A DNA stretch of 64,000 nt from Octopus bimaculoides (GCF_001194135.2 NC_068987.1:2582047-2646046), one strand, 5' to 3'; counted from the stretch's first letter, positions 13,200 to 27,509 are shown. The notes: generated from the letters alone by a model not told the origin. Numbers and translations are program-made.

Positions 13200-13690
13200 C
13201 CTAGAGGTAGGTCCTTCCAACTCCAGCCTGGTCAATCCGCCGCAAAACTTTCTATTCGTGTCCCACTGCCCCCTCATACATTTATTGAAGATCCGAGGTC
13301 CTGGAATGTTCAGTGTTAGGTATTTTGGGACCTGTCCCTTTATCCCCGTATCTTTCTTCCGATATATATGTCATTGCAGTCTTCGCATGCCAGGATACAA
13401 AATGGGACAAGGTTTTGCGCCGGTTGCGATTTGTTTTGCAGAAAGTTTTTATGTTGTAATTCTACCTCAAGTGACTTTGAGGACATTCCATTGAAATCGT
13501 GAAATACCCAGCTTGTTGGCCACCCTCTCGGACATTGTCCAGGTTTTGCCGTCATAGAGGGCTATTGACAGAACTCTTGCACTATTTAGCCGGACCTTCA
13601 TATCCGTATATATATCACTGCCATGGAGTCGTTGATACAAGCATTGTACTATGTGACCGGACCTTCGTGGTCAGCACATGTTTGTAGAGA
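13200..13690 (-). mobile_element. RTE-clade LINE reverse-transcriptase C-terminal remnant
   Basis: Minus frame reads DMKVRLNSARVLSIALYDGKTWTMSERVANKL...RRLQ*HIYR...VPKYL, matching the KVRLY...LLYG.ETWT...RRL.W.GH..R...PK pattern; contains stops. Confidence 0.7.
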
Positions 13691-14903
13691 TGTTGTGGAA
13701 ATGGACCAGAGTGAGTCGAATGAGTGGTGAGCATTCCTTTATGTTAAGCATGTGATCAGGTATGACCATATTTAATTAGCGATACACAACTGGTTGTGTG
13801 TTTTAATTAACCCTAGCATTAATTAAGTCCCGTATCGATACACCTGCCTGATGTAAAGATGTGAATCTTGATTGTCATTGATTAGTTTCGACTTGAACAA
13901 AAGTCGGAACTGACCGACCGATTAATCAACTGGAACTTTTTATCTCTATTGATAAAAGCAACATAGTTTAACTGCGAGCGAAGTTTGTTTTCAGCCAGGT
14001 TAAATATACTAAATATAGACACAAACTGTTTACAATTTGAGACTTTATTTTCAATTTATTCTTATACACGCTGTTACGGTATCTGAATCCATATATAATC
14101 TCGTGTGTTTGAAAAACTGAAAGACGAAAGCGCTGACACACACAATACGAAAACTTCCTCTCAAAAGGTTCGTGTCAGTTTGTTTTCCAAGGTTTGTTTA
14201 ATTACCTAATAACACACACACACATATAAACACACAGATACATGTGTATATACACAAACACATATAAACACAGAAACGTGTATATACATATATATTTACA
14301 CATACACGCATACCCACAGAAAGAGAGGGGAGAAGGGAGCTTATATTACTTAACATTGCAACCAAAGTTCTTTTTTTAAAAAAAAAAATTTATCTAATCC
14401 TGCTTGATTCAAAATTATCCCGAAAGAAGTCGAAGAAGATTAAGTTGAAACGATACTTGGTAGAATTCGATCAAAAATTACCAGACAAACCACCGACACC
14501 AAGACGCATTTCGGCAAACAACTCTCAACTCAGATGATTTAAGGTCGCCTGAAACATCACTAAAACAAAACGCTTTACAGCTCGGCAGCAAAGCGTGCAA
14601 TTTGGTCCCCACCCACCCCAGCCAAACTGACCGCTCCCTTCCTTACGTTACATTATTTTCCACTCAAACAAATAACCATATATAAAGTCGCACCCTTCTG
14701 CTGACCGAACACCTTCTTCATCCTACGATACGCCAATGCCAGGTTGTGACTGTTAAACACGGACTGCACCAATGCACGAAACCCAAGATTTGATATTTTT
14801 CTCTCTTCCTACTTGTTTGTACTTATGTGCTTCCATAGAAACACACACACATCACTATATATATGTGAAGAGAGGGAGATGCGTGTTTTACCTGTACACA
14901 TTG

Positions 14904-14937
<34 letters not shown>

Positions 14938-15048
14938 ATGTTTTACTAGGTCAACATATTCATGGTTGATGCAGTGTGTGTGTGTGGTTAGATATGTATT
15001 TACTTATACACACACACACCCATACATATACAGGCTTACACACGCACG

Positions 15049-15095
<47 letters not shown>

Positions 15096-15465
15096 ATATG
15101 TAGGAGTCATAATTTATTACGGTACATCTGTATGAACTGTGTATGTATTGAAATAGTTTCTCTTATATAAATGATATATGTTGTACACGCATAAAAGATG
15201 CATACGTTTGTGTGTGTGTATGATTCATATGTGTGTAATGTGTATTGTCTGTATAAATATACAGATATTTACATATGTGTGTATCTGTGGAAACTAGGAG
15301 CCCACAACGGTTGGCACGCCGCATTATACGTCTGTTTCTAATGTGACATAAAGATAGACAATGGGTTATAATTTCTGGATTTAGATAAACGTCAAAGAGA
15401 GGCGATAAATATTTCTCATCTGTCATATATAACTAATAACATCTCTTGATACTATAATGATGATG

Positions 15466-15506
<41 letters not shown>

Positions 15507-15899
15507 TTCAACTGTGCCATCTCTCGCCATGAATTTATGCTCAAACCATAGCAAATGTTATTATTCTACATATGTTGGCCTTCATAAACGATTTGATCTC
15601 TAATTACCATTTTATTGCTTCAGGTGCGGCCGGGCCGGGCCTGGTTCTGTTGTTAAGGTAGGCACGAGTGTGGGGTGAAGCTGCAGGAACGGACGTAAGA
15701 GTGAAGGTTCAGAACACGGCCGTTGGGTGAAGGGTAAGAGCAACATCGTTGGGTGATGGTGCGGGCATGACCGTGGGGAGAAGGGGCAGGAACGTTTTTA
15801 CGAGAAGGGAGTGTTTACAACTCGGGGCAGATCAAATACAAGGGACTTTGGCGTTTCTCTTTGCACCCTTCATTTTTATCATAGAATGAAATGCATGCA

Positions 15900-15955
<56 letters not shown>

Positions 15956-16149
15956 AATACACATACACATACATACATACACGTGCTATCATTACACACA
16001 CACATACAAACTTGCGCGTACGCACATACCCACACATACACACACTCTTGCACTCTCCTGTCTTTGAAAAGAACTTTTTCTTCACCCATTCCCTTCCAGT
16101 CATTCCAATATGTGACCGCGTATGCATCGTTGGCAATTTTCTTTCTCCA

Positions 16150-16320
16150 TCTTCCCTTCTTCTTTTCTATATTTCTGATGAAGAGCTCTGCTCGAAACCT
16201 GAAATCCCCTTTCCTTTCTTGAGCATCCAATAACACTGTAGTGATTCCACGTCCTCGCGTTGTTGTTGTTTTTTCTTGCTTATTCTTGTTTGGATTGACT
16301 ACATACATATTAAGCGTAAC
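16150..16320 (+). mobile_element. Penelope-like terminal repeat with decayed hammerhead core
   Basis: tttCTGATGAa-gagc-tct-gctc-GAAA-cctg-aaa at 16172-16204; the cleavage triplet is degenerate. Confidence 0.55.
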
Positions 16321-16810
16321 ATCATTAGAACTTTGTAGAGCTCTAATTTCTGTATTCAATAAGATTTCTTCTATTTTCTGCATAATATTCTTGTCTTCAA
16401 ACTGAATCCCATTTCACGAGTAACATTAAGCTAATCTTGTCCATCAGACATGTCACGGCCAAACTGCTTTATCGGCAACTAAACAATATACATTCCATCA
16501 GATATAAAAGAACAACAATATCTGTTAGTCTGCACGTTATTTTTTTTTTTGCTTTATATAAATAATAATAATAATAATATATAAAATCAGTTGTATGTAT
16601 GTATAGATAGATAGATAGATAAAGATAGATATCATGTGTTTATGTGTACAAGTGTATATATATAACGTGTGTGTATGTGTAGATAAAGAATCTATTAGAA
16701 AGGAAAACAACCACTATTAAAGTAGCCAATACATCAAAAAGTGTTGTATATATTAAATACGTGATTCTTAGAGGAGTAGTATTCATGCACTCTTGAGGAA
16801 TTCATCATAT

Positions 16811-16842
<32 letters not shown>

Positions 16843-17249
16843 GTATATTCACACACAATTATATATCGTTTTTGCACTTGGTTTGCATGATCACGTGTGT
16901 TAAAACTTATTTTTGTATCTCGGTAAGGTCATAATGCCAGTAAGCATATGCACTGGTTTTATTTCACTTCATGATTTATAAATTGGTTAAATATTTAACC
17001 AATAAACTAATCGATTAGTTACCTTTATTAATTGTTCAATTAATCAATCAGTAATGTTTGTCCAGGTCCTTTCAACGCCTTCACAGCCTAATCAAAGATA
17101 TGCCTTCTTTAATCCAACTCTGCTTCAAACTTTGAGTAGAAGTGTCTATCTTCTTTTGACGATAAGGAATCAGACGGTGGAAGTAGTTTATGAGTTTACT
17201 TTTTACCAATACAAGGCTGAAATAAATAGAAGTTAACAGAATTAGTAAA

Positions 17250-18070
17250 GTAAGAATAGATCTTGGTACAAAAGATAAAGATATGTCTCAAAGAACAAAG
17301 GAGACCTTTGTAAAGTTAATGGTATATGAATAATGAATAATGTATGAGTGTGAAAGCTGGACAATTAACAAGCAAAACACAAAGACAATTGGAGCATTCG
17401 GTAAAAGCTAAAGGCCTAGATTTGGGAGTGCAGAGGCCAAAGCTTGGTGGATACATTGTCAGCCAATTGAAGTAGGCTGCTGAGATTTTGTGGGACGTTC
17501 ACTCTGCACAACTCTGATTATGGTTGGACTTACTGGTGTTGCAAAGTTAAGGGCCAGACATTCCAGTATCGAATCTGCAGAAAAACACATTTGGTGGATT
17601 TGGAGAAAAAGGGTAGAGCAATGGTTTGCTGCTGCTGAGATGCCAGTTGGGACTTGATCAACCTCGGATTGAGACAACTAGACGAGTGGGTCTGATACTG
17701 AGAAATCCGAAACCCCATTAGACCCCAGAAACCCCACTGACGATGCATCCCAGAGTATCTGTGATGCGTAATTTAGAACAGCAATGAGACATAGATGTGA
17801 AAACTGGATAATTAGCAAACAAGACAGAAGGAAAACTGAAGGATTTGATCTGGGTGTTGAAGAAAATCCCTTCAGATTTTAAGTGGATGGAAATAGATCG
17901 GTATTGCAATCAGTGGAGCGTTGGAATAGTTCAGAAGTATTGATTGTTAAATAACAGGTAATAATTGTTTGGTCACGTTAATAGGACGAATGGTATGGAG
18001 AAAAAAAAAACAGAATTATGTTGGGAAAAAAAACCTGAATGGGACGATTACAGATGTGGTAGAAAGGTGG
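17250..18070 (+). mobile_element. RTE LINE 3' fragments (two pieces with about 380 bp between them)
   Basis: MYECESWTINKQNTKTIGAF (about 17340-17400), CENWIISKQDRRKTEGFDL (about 17795-17850) and FGHVNRTNGMEK..IMLGK (about 17965-18030). Confidence 0.7.
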
Positions 18071-19644
18071 GTGGTGAGATAAATGAGATGATAGCTTTCA
18101 ATCAGTCCAGTCATGGGTGCGATGAGGGGATTGGCAGACGTGAAGACGGAAAGAGAAAGAAAGAGAGAGACACACACACACATAAACATTTACATATATA
18201 GGCTCACACACACAGATCTGTGTGTGTGTGTGTGTGTGTGAGGGAATCCGAGGGAGACAGATGAGCACATGGTTAAACATGTGTATTTAAAATGTGTGAA
18301 CCGAGTGGTGTAGCTTGGTGTAGTTGTAGTTGCTGTGTGAATGGGAAGTGTCCATTAGTGGATGGTGGGGGGGGGAGTACAGGGTGGGAACGTGTGTAGG
18401 TGGATGGAGTGAAGTGAAGGAAGTATGAAAATTGCGAAAATAGATTGACAAACAGGCTGACAGATAAATATAGACAGATAGGACGGTTGGATGGAGAGAC
18501 AGACAGACAGGGTGCTATAAAACTAAAGTTAAATGATCATGTTTGGAATGTGTTGGATCATGGTTAGCCCAGGGTTAAATATACACATCAACAACTAGGT
18601 TTAATTTCTAACCGGTATATCAGACAATATACTTCTAAATTTATTGAATGAATAAAGATAGATGACCACGTTTGGAATGTCTTCGACCATAGGTCTTCCA
18701 TCTCAGAAATGCCCCAGGGCTAAACAAAAATAACCTTTAATACATATTCTATAACATCTCCACAAAACATTTCTCTGTAATCTGTCGTTATCCCTTGTTG
18801 CAATCGTTGTCGTTGATGTTGTTTTTAGATTATTTTTTTCTTGTCTTGCTTTGTTTTTTCCCCACACAACCATTTCTTAGTTCTTAATTTCAAGAATCGT
18901 TCTTTCTGTCCTAAACTTCCATCTTCCGTCTGGTATTAACAATTACTACTACTACTACTACATCTCTTATTCACAGCTGGTATGAAATTTCAGTTACATT
19001 TTTTTAATGGTAGAGTAATAGACAACACCATTGCAACCAACTACAACATCTACCTCAACACCAACAATTGCATCTACTATTACACCAACTACAACAACAG
19101 CTACAACACTGTCACAAGCTCTAATATACATAGTCATACCCCTTCATAACCCAAACTAGGGAGTCCAGGTCATCCAAGTGTTTCACTCATAACCACGATC
19201 CATCAGCTTAAGCAAAGAATACGGCCCACGAGGAGAAAAACAGCAAACCTGATTCACGGGATGGCTTGAACCCTGAATGACCATCGTCCAGAACGTGAAG
19301 GATACATCAGGGAATCTTAGACACCAATCTCCGAAACTGGAGCCGATTATGTTGGTCCCTTACCAAAACAGTTATAATCAGTTTTTCTGCAGAATCTTCG
19401 TTCCCCCACCACCACCACATTTCGATCACGATGATTCTCTAAGAAGTCTGACCAACTTAAAACCCTCCGCATTTCACCCCTCCCCCCCTTTTGTCCTTTA
19501 TGCTACACTATTGCATCCTACATGAACCCCCTCAAAACTTATTCATTTCTACTCCACCTGACTCACAACTGCGTACCAGTCACGTGTTGTTAAAAGGTAT
19601 CTCAACAAGATAAACACATTTTTTACCATAATTCAAATATACTT

Positions 19645-19857
19645 CGAGGGGTTATTGAAAAGTTCCTGGCTTTAAAAGTATTGCAGAAGGCCTGGTTGGA
19701 GGTCCAACCTTCCGAGTTCTTTTACAGGGCTTCTAAACTGAAGGATCGCTGCAATAAGTGTGAATCTGAGAAAGGAATATATTGAATACAATCATAATTA
19801 ACTGATCCTCTTCTATTTTCTTTAACGTAAAGCCAGGAACTTTTCAGCATTTTTTCG
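19645..19857 (+). mobile_element. Mariner-derived MITE (internally deleted)
   Basis: Imperfect TIRs cgaggggttattgaaaagttcctggcttta / taaagccaggaacttttcagcattttttcg; internal KLKDRCNKC..(K)EYIE* resembles the mariner transposase C-terminus. Confidence 0.8.
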
Positions 19858-20865
19858 TGTTTAGAAAATGTTATGTCGAGTCGTAGAAGATCTTCAATCA
19901 GTTTTAGATGTTTACACAATTTCGCTGAAGAAATAGAAAATATTAAAATTAAAATTTTATACCTCCATCATTTCTTTTTCGTTTGTCCCTTGTTGAAATC
20001 TCGAAAAAAATGTCCCGAAACAATTTGTGGTTTCGAATTCCACCGTTTACTGAGCGAACGTGTTCACAGTCAATGCTACAGTCTTGAAAGATTATATTGT
20101 TTTGTCGACACCTCTCTAGTACAGTAGGGACAGATGCTGTCCCCTATAAGGTTTGCTGCCTCCTTAATAGGTTTTACTTCATGTTACACAGTAGAAGCAG
20201 GTGTTGTCCCTTCTAAAGGGACATTAGGGACAAATTCTGCTTCCGTAAGTTTCACTCTGTCTTACAAGTCAACTATCTATAACATGTGGGCCTTTACTTA
20301 CCCACTTTATTCTAGGCATTTCTCACGGAAAATCCTGAATTGACCATTTCCAGTCCTTGGGCAAAATGGAGATGTTATAGAACCACAACAGTGTAGGTGC
20401 TCTGATCAACACAGCTGCAAGTTTTCCTTCTTTGTGTAAGCAATTTGTCCCTTTAAAAACAAAACAAACTCAATCTTGTTCTTAATTACTGTTCCACTCT
20501 TTTTTATTATTCAATGTAATTACGTGATTTTTTTGAAAACGTATTTTTAGAAACTTGTCCCCACGGCCATTGTATTACACTTTCCACCCTTTTCTTCGTT
20601 CTTTTCTAACTCGTTTCTCCTCTCCCACGCGTCTTTGTAAACCGTCACTATGCTATCGACGTTTCACAGCTTGTATATACCAATGGTGTTGTATGTCACT
20701 AACCTCTCTGATTACAGAAAAAAACTTTATTATTATTATTATTATTATTATTATTTGTTGTTGTTGTTGCTTTCCTTTTTGATCTATGTAAAACCCCCAT
20801 CACTTCGTGTGCTTCGTCCTTTGACACTGTCCTCAATACCTTGAGTCCTTGTGTCCAATAAAAGA

Positions 20866-20896
<31 letters not shown>

Positions 20897-20959
20897 GGTG
20901 GTGGTGTTGGTGTTGCGTATTCAACCGTCTCCTGCTAGTCTCAACTGTACAACCCGTGC

Positions 20960-21265
20960 ACTTGTTTTGTCGACACCTCTCTAGTACTGCTTATGGGTGA
21001 TATCTTCAGTGTTCATTTCTCAAAGTCTGCATCGGTTGTCATATTTTTGTGCTTTTCCTGCATTTCTATTCCTTTTGTGCTGCATCAGGTATTTGGTTGA
21101 TATTTCCTGTTCCTGGATTGTAAACGCTTACGCTTCAAAGCGGGAGGAAGTAATCCGGTCTTTGGTCCATGATAGAATGCTTTGATGATCAATGTCACTA
21201 TCATTTCTGATCTGTGTGCAGCCTTGTTTATTTCTGAGGAGTGCAGTGATGTGTCAGCATACCAT
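20960..21265 (-). mobile_element. R4/Dong-like (RLE-type) non-LTR retrotransposon remnant
   Basis: Minus frame: IDHQSILSWTKDRITSSRFEA*AFTIQEQEISTKYLM...YDNRCRL*EMNTEDITH, matching the AIQEQ.I.T.....CRLC...E.I.H zinc-knuckle region. Confidence 0.7.
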
Positions 21266-21268
21266 TGT

Positions 21269-21914
21269 TCTGAAGCTTATATACATATCCGCATGCACGC
21301 TCGTACACACACACGCTCGCGCTCATACACACGCGCGCAAAAAAGGTTCATACACACGTCTATATATGCACATGCACAAGGAAAAACAGGGCTAAAGGCA
21401 AAATACGGAAAAAAGCCACATGTTTAGCCACATGTGCCTATTATTTGTTACGTTTTTGGTCCCCACGAGATTACAGATAGGACTTGCTTTCTATATTGTG
21501 CCTATGTACAAGCTTTTTATCTCTCTATACTTTTTACTTATATTTCTTATGTATTTTTTATATTTTTTTACATATTTATAGAGATATTGTTTTATAGGTT
21601 TATCGCTCATATATTTTTTACACATTTTTTCTGTATTCTATCTTCCACCCTGCATTTTTCCTGTACATGTGCATGGAACCTTTTGTGCGCGCTTGTGGAT
21701 GTGTGCTGCTACGTGTGTATATAGACGTGTGTGTGTGCGTGCATGCGAGAATGTGCGTATATAGACGTGTTTTACCCTTATTGCTTTTTTACACTTTTTT
21801 CTGTATTTTGCCTTTCGCCCTGTTTCTTCTTGTGCACGTGCGTATATAGACGTATGTATGAACCTTTTTTTGCGCGCGTGTATGTGTGCGAGCGTGTATG
21901 CGGGTTTGTATATA
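21269..21914. repeat. About 650-bp element with about 130-bp imperfect inverted arms (fold-back/MITE-like)
   Basis: Left arm 21269-21416 (...cgcgcgcaaaaaaggttcatacacacgtctatatatgcacatgcacaaggaaaaacagggctaaaggcaaaatacggaaaaaag) is the reverse complement of 21789-21914. Confidence 0.75.
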
Positions 21915-22873
21915 TTTTTGGCGAATGTGTGGGTGAGCATGTGTGTGTTTAGAGTGAGGGTGGATGAGTATATACATGTAGGCGCATGTACGTAGGTGTG
22001 CGGGCGCGCATGTGTATGTATGAACTGGTGCGCTTACGCGAATACTATGGACATTTTTATTCCCTTACCTTTACTCCCTACCCGCACTTAGCGGTCATTC
22101 TAATAGCTCTTTTGTCTTAATAACGGTCAACCACACAGTAATTTCCCTTTGTTTAACGGTCATTTTCATAGCATTTTTTTATGGCCAGATAACTGAAGAG
22201 ATGGCGGCGTGGGTTTCCGCCCCGACATCCGAAACTCGGAGTTTTATCATGGTTACCGGATAATTGTCACATTATTTACAGATAAATCCCTCTCCCTTCC
22301 TTTCTCTCTCTTTCTCTCCAACACACGCACGGGGGTGTTGTAGTGCTGTAATGACCAACACACCTTTACGTGACAACTCACACGGAACTAAAACCTTACC
22401 ATCCTCAAAAGAGAAAGAAACGTATCTAGAATAATGTAGCCTTGGGTACACAATGCCTTAAAAAATCGACCGGATAATGAAGGCTTGGCAATAATTGTTC
22501 ATAAATATGTTAAATCAGGCCTGACCTGGGGACGGACACCAATAACAACAAGTTGTTATCTACTGTTAAAGTTCACAATCTATTTTACAACCGATATAGT
22601 TTGACAAATCAACATTAACACAATAAGGAGAGGTTTCAAGTGTTAGCAGGTTTAAAGTCCTCAGCTTCCGAAATCTCTGATTTAACGCTAAGATATTACG
22701 ACAAAAGATAAAACACAACTCAATCAAATCTAATCAAATCTCGTTTAATATTTCACTCGGTTACTTCCTCTCTGTTTCACGTTTGCTTATTTAACGAATT
22801 ATCAACGTGGCTTGTTAACTTAAAAGCATGGGTGACCGGATTCTGGGTCTTTTTGACATTCCAGTAAAAATGG

Positions 22874-23050
22874 TTTCAAATTTTGGTACAAGGCCAGCAA
22901 TTTTGAAGAAGGGAATAAGTCGATTACATCGACCCCAATGCTTGACTGGTACTTAATTTATCGACCCCCGAAAGGATGAAAGGCAAAGTCGACTTCGGCG
23001 GAATTTGAACTCAGAACGTAAAGACAGACGAAATACCGATAACCGCCTCG

Positions 23051-23091
<41 letters not shown>

Positions 23092-23116
23092 AATGATAAT
23101 AATGATGATAATAATG

Positions 23117-23147
<31 letters not shown>

Positions 23148-23348
23148 TAATAAGAATAATGATAATAATGATCCTTTCTGCTAAAGGTACAAAGCCTGAA
23201 ATTCGGCGAGAGGGGACTAATCAATTACATCGACCAAGTGTTTCACTGGTACTTAATTTATCGACCTCGAAATGATGAAAGGTTGAGTTGACTTCGGTGG
23301 AATTTGAACTCAGAACGTAGCGACGGGCAAAATGCCAATAACCGCCAT
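22874..23348 (-). mobile_element. Two family A SINEs separated by an (ATA/ATG)n microsatellite
   Basis: aaaggatgaaaggcaaagtcgacttcggcggaatttgaactcagaacgta at about 22970 and again at about 23275. Confidence 0.85.
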
Positions 23349-24277
23349 AATAATAATAATATAACCAAAAGAGCTCAGAGTTACAAAAATATTTCGAAAG
23401 AAACAAGCCTTAGAGAGAGGGGTTTACAAAGAGGTGAAGGTAGAGCGAAGACAATATACAAAGACGTGGGCTGGATTGAAAGACGTTTTGCAATATTCAT
23501 GAGACTGATTTTTTAAAATTATAAATAGACACAAATCTTTAAACGGAATATAAAAACCAAAAATACACAATAAAATGCAACAATTAAAACAAGCTATCTA
23601 TATACAATTTTAAAATCTCTTTGACTAGATTCCCCCGCGTTACTATTAATACATTCGCTTTGCTATCTTAGTAAATAAAACCACTGAGATATTCCCGAAT
23701 CATCCGTGAAGTGAATCCGAAGTGAAGGACAACGTCTTGTGGATCGTTGACAGTATCATATTATAGAATTTCTGCCCGAAGGGTTTTTTTTAATATTCTT
23801 TTTTTATACAGTTTGGAATTTGATGCCATTTCTTTTCCGATCCAGATTTCGTCTGGAAATTCCTGCTGAATGTCGTATAAGTATCGCGTCAGATCCTAGC
23901 TTTGTCAAAGGCTGCAAATGTCATTTCGTTCAACCGAGACGAAACTGGATCCTCCTAACAAGGCGTAGCCCCCCCTCCTCTTTCTAAGAAGAGTACTTCC
24001 AATTCGCTTAGTTCTCACCGTCGTCGTTGTTGTTGTTGTTGTTGCTGTAGGTGATACTTATAGTAGTCGCTAGTTGTGACTGGGAGATAAGGTTCTTGAG
24101 TTTCGCGGTTCGTTCCTGGCAATGGGGACGCGACCATTTGTTTTGCGTCTCCCAAATTTATACCCGATGCCATTTCAGGATCGGTGCCATTTACCATTTG
24201 TTCTCATTGTTTCCGTTCTTTCCGACCGTCTGGACAAAAACACTTAATGGCTTTTATTGTAACAAATATAACAATTG

Positions 24278-24790
24278 CTTCCCAATCACATGGTTCCGGG
24301 TTTAGTCCCACTGCGTAGCACCTTGGGCAAGTTCCTTCTACTATAGCCTCGGGCCAACCAAAGCCTTGTGAGTGGATTTGGTAGACGGAAACTGAAAGAA
24401 GCCTGTCGTATATATATATATATATATATATATNNNNNNNNNNNNNNNNNNNNNNNNNNNNNNNNNNNNNNNNNNNNNNNNNNNNNNNNNNNNNNNNNNN
24501 NNNNNNNNNNNNNNNNNNNNNNNNNNNNNNNNNNNNNNNNNNNNNNNNNNNNNNNNNNNNNNNNNNNNNNNNNNNNNNNNNNNNNNNNATGTATTTGTGT
24601 GTGTGTCTGTGCTTGTCCTCCTACCATCGCTTGATAACCGATGTTGGTGTGTAACTTAGTGATTCGGCAAAAAGAAACCGATAGAATAAGTACTTGGCTT
24701 ACAAAGAATAAGCCCTGGGGTCGATCTGTTCGACTAAAAGCGGTGCTCCAGCATGGCCGCAGTCAAATGACTGAAACAAATAAAAGAATA
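24278..24790 (+). mobile_element. SINE family B spanning an internal microsatellite/N gap
   Basis: catggttccgggtttagtcccactgcgtagcaccttgggcaag...ccaaagccttgtgagtggatttggtagacggaaactgaaagaagcc, then the 3' part ending ctccagcatggccgcagtcaaatgactgaaacaaataaaaga. Confidence 0.85.
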
Positions 24791-26267
24791 TTCCATATTT
24801 ATTTTTTTTCTTTCCCTTTTTTTTTCATTTGTTTTGTTGTTGTTCAAAGCATGTTTATAAGAGTCGTTTTGTTTCCGTATTTTCGTTTGACGTTTTATCT
24901 TTCATATTCGTTGTTGTTATTCTTCTGATTGTTGTTGTCAAACCTGTTTTATGCTCTGTTTTTCTGTTGGAATGTTATTTGTTTTCATTTTACGTCATAT
25001 TTTTTTTTTGTGTTTCTTTAAGATTTTTTTTTTTTTTACATTTTCTTTTTACATTTTCTTTTTACATTTTCTTTTTGCCTTCTTTTGTGATTGCTTTGCT
25101 TTGTGCAATCAAGTACTTGTATGGGCGTCTCCCAGGAAATAAGACAATTTCCCTTTCATTTGGAAGATAAAATATCATGGACATACACCTAGTGAATACA
25201 ATTTAATGAAAACTGTGGAGAAGCCTGGCAGAGGAGTAGTCCATGTTCTTAGGCGATAGACCTAATCTATCAACCGCTTTAATACCAACCCCTGGCCCTT
25301 ACAGGCCTTTATTGGAATCCACTATGCTGCAAGAATTTGATACATGTTTCCAATCTCCAATATAACTTTTAACTTCCCGCCATTACCAGAGACCCTGGAA
25401 AGGCTACGGGCATCGCCCTGGCCCCTTTCTGACTATCTAAATATTTTAAGGTACTATCACCCCGCCCCACCCCCATCCCATACACACACATTTTCTGTAA
25501 CCGATCTATTTACACGCAAGATATCGGGGTGGTCGGATAAGATATCGGGGTATGTGTGGTAAGATGTAATTAGACTACTGTTAATTAACTAAACAAACCT
25601 AGTAACTAACTTGTAAGCCATCTTCGAACTCCTGGCTTCCTCAACATAGTTTCACAATTAACAACCGTAATTAGTTTTCTTTGATGAGTTCTTGAGTAGG
25701 AAATTACTTTTGTTGATATTCAATTAGATTTTGTTAATTAGATTGCTTCTAATCATCCCAGTTGGTATATATTGGTCAGAGAACACATGACAAGCGGGGT
25801 GGAAACAGTCGGAAGTAAGAACGACCATTCACAAAGACATTTTAATGAACTTCCCAGCAACATCTGTTCTAGTTATCTCTTTGGGGGAAGCGTTGTGTGG
25901 CGTCTTTGGATTACAGGTGTATTAAGAAACCAGTGCAAGAAGCCGCCATTCTCAACAACCGCTTCTTCATATACGACATCTTAGAGACACGAAATATTAC
26001 AGAAATTCTGACCAACAGCTCGATTAACTGACCATCTTTAGCGTTTGTTCCAATATTTAGTATTTTCATTTGTCTTCAATGACAAATGATGAATTCAGCT
26101 TAAATTATCGACTTAAATCCAGAAGTCTTCTTACAATTTACTCCTTTTTCATGGTCTTATACACAGAAATAATCAGTGACAAACCCTTAGATCACAACAC
26201 TGATATATGTCATCCCATGTTCGTTTTACTCTCAACTTATCACGTCAACGTTATTATATGTATACAT

Positions 26268-26615
26268 AAGGCGGCGAGCTGGCAGAATCGTTAGCACGCT
26301 GGGCGAAATGCTTCGCAGTATTTCGCCCGTCGCTCCAATCTGAGTTCAAATTCCGCCGGGGTGACTTTGCCTCTTTATTCTTTCGGGTTCGATAAATTAA
26401 GTGCCAGTTGCGTATTGGGTCTATCTAATCCACTGCTCCTCCCCCGACAAAATTTCAAGCCTTGTGCCTATAGTAGAAAGGATAATTGTATATACATAAA
26501 GCCGCGAGCTGGCAGAATCGTTAGCACGCCGGACAAAATGCTAAGCGGCGTTTCGTCCGCCTTTACGTTCTGAGTTCAAATTCCGCCGTTGTTGATTTTG
26601 CCTTTCGTCCTTCTG
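26268..26615 (+). mobile_element. Two tandem family A SINEs (second is 3'-truncated)
   Basis: aaggcggcgagctggcagaatcgttagcacg...tgagttcaaattccgcc, twice. Confidence 0.9.
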
Positions 26616-27509
26616 ATATTGTGACAAAATTTGAAATTGTTATATGTATATAGTGGGGGTTTCTCTAATCACTGATCTAGCAATTAATGGGAACGATTCG
26701 CTGAATAAGTTTAATACGATTGAAATATGTTCGTAGTTATCTTTCCTCGCTGAACAATTAAATTAAAAACGGTTCTAGACCATCTCAAACGTCATCTTAC
26801 TATCTCATTTTTTAGTTCCGCTTAAATACTATTACGTTGTTGAGTAGAAAAAAAAATATTAGCTCTGGTGATCAAGTTGGTCTTCCTTTTAGCGCATCCG
26901 TGATTCTAATTTTAACTACTGAAGATTTCTTAATTTAATTTAAATATTCAGTTATAATAATTGGAGGTGAGTGCTGGATGGTATGGCTCGGGCAGGCAAT
27001 TGAAAGTTACAATATAGAATAATAGGGAAAAACTGTTGTCTTGAGACTCTTCGAACTTTTTCCAATCAACATTTTTATTTCGTCTTCAAATCATCGCCCA
27101 CTCTGTTTGCTTTTTTTCCATTTTTCACACTTATAATCTTACAATACATCATGTTCCTTCACGAAATTAAAATCCTAGAATTAATCTCTAGTTCCTCTCC
27201 CAAGCATAACATGCACCACTTCACTTTAACCCCAATATCATGTATTTATCTTTGCCTGTCAAAAACATTTTCATAAGTTCGTCCTAAACATCCACGATTG
27301 TTTTCACTCATTTTCTTAGCCTTTGTTTCATGGGTTCTGAGTAATACGACACTTTCTTTTAAGTCCCAAGCTAGCCTGATGTCCGTAAAACAATGCGAAC
27401 GTGTATCATATATATATATATATATACTTTATTTAAAAGCATATTACTCTACCTCTGGTATTTGAGTACTCTTTTTTCCACCTTGTTGCACATTTCATGT
27501 GCTTACTCC

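Noticed and set aside
13340-13555. ORF ending CEDCNDIYIGRK resembling a GIY-YIG motif
   Set aside because: An overlapping frame matches the RTE reverse-transcriptase C-terminus over a much longer stretch, so the motif is probably coincidental.
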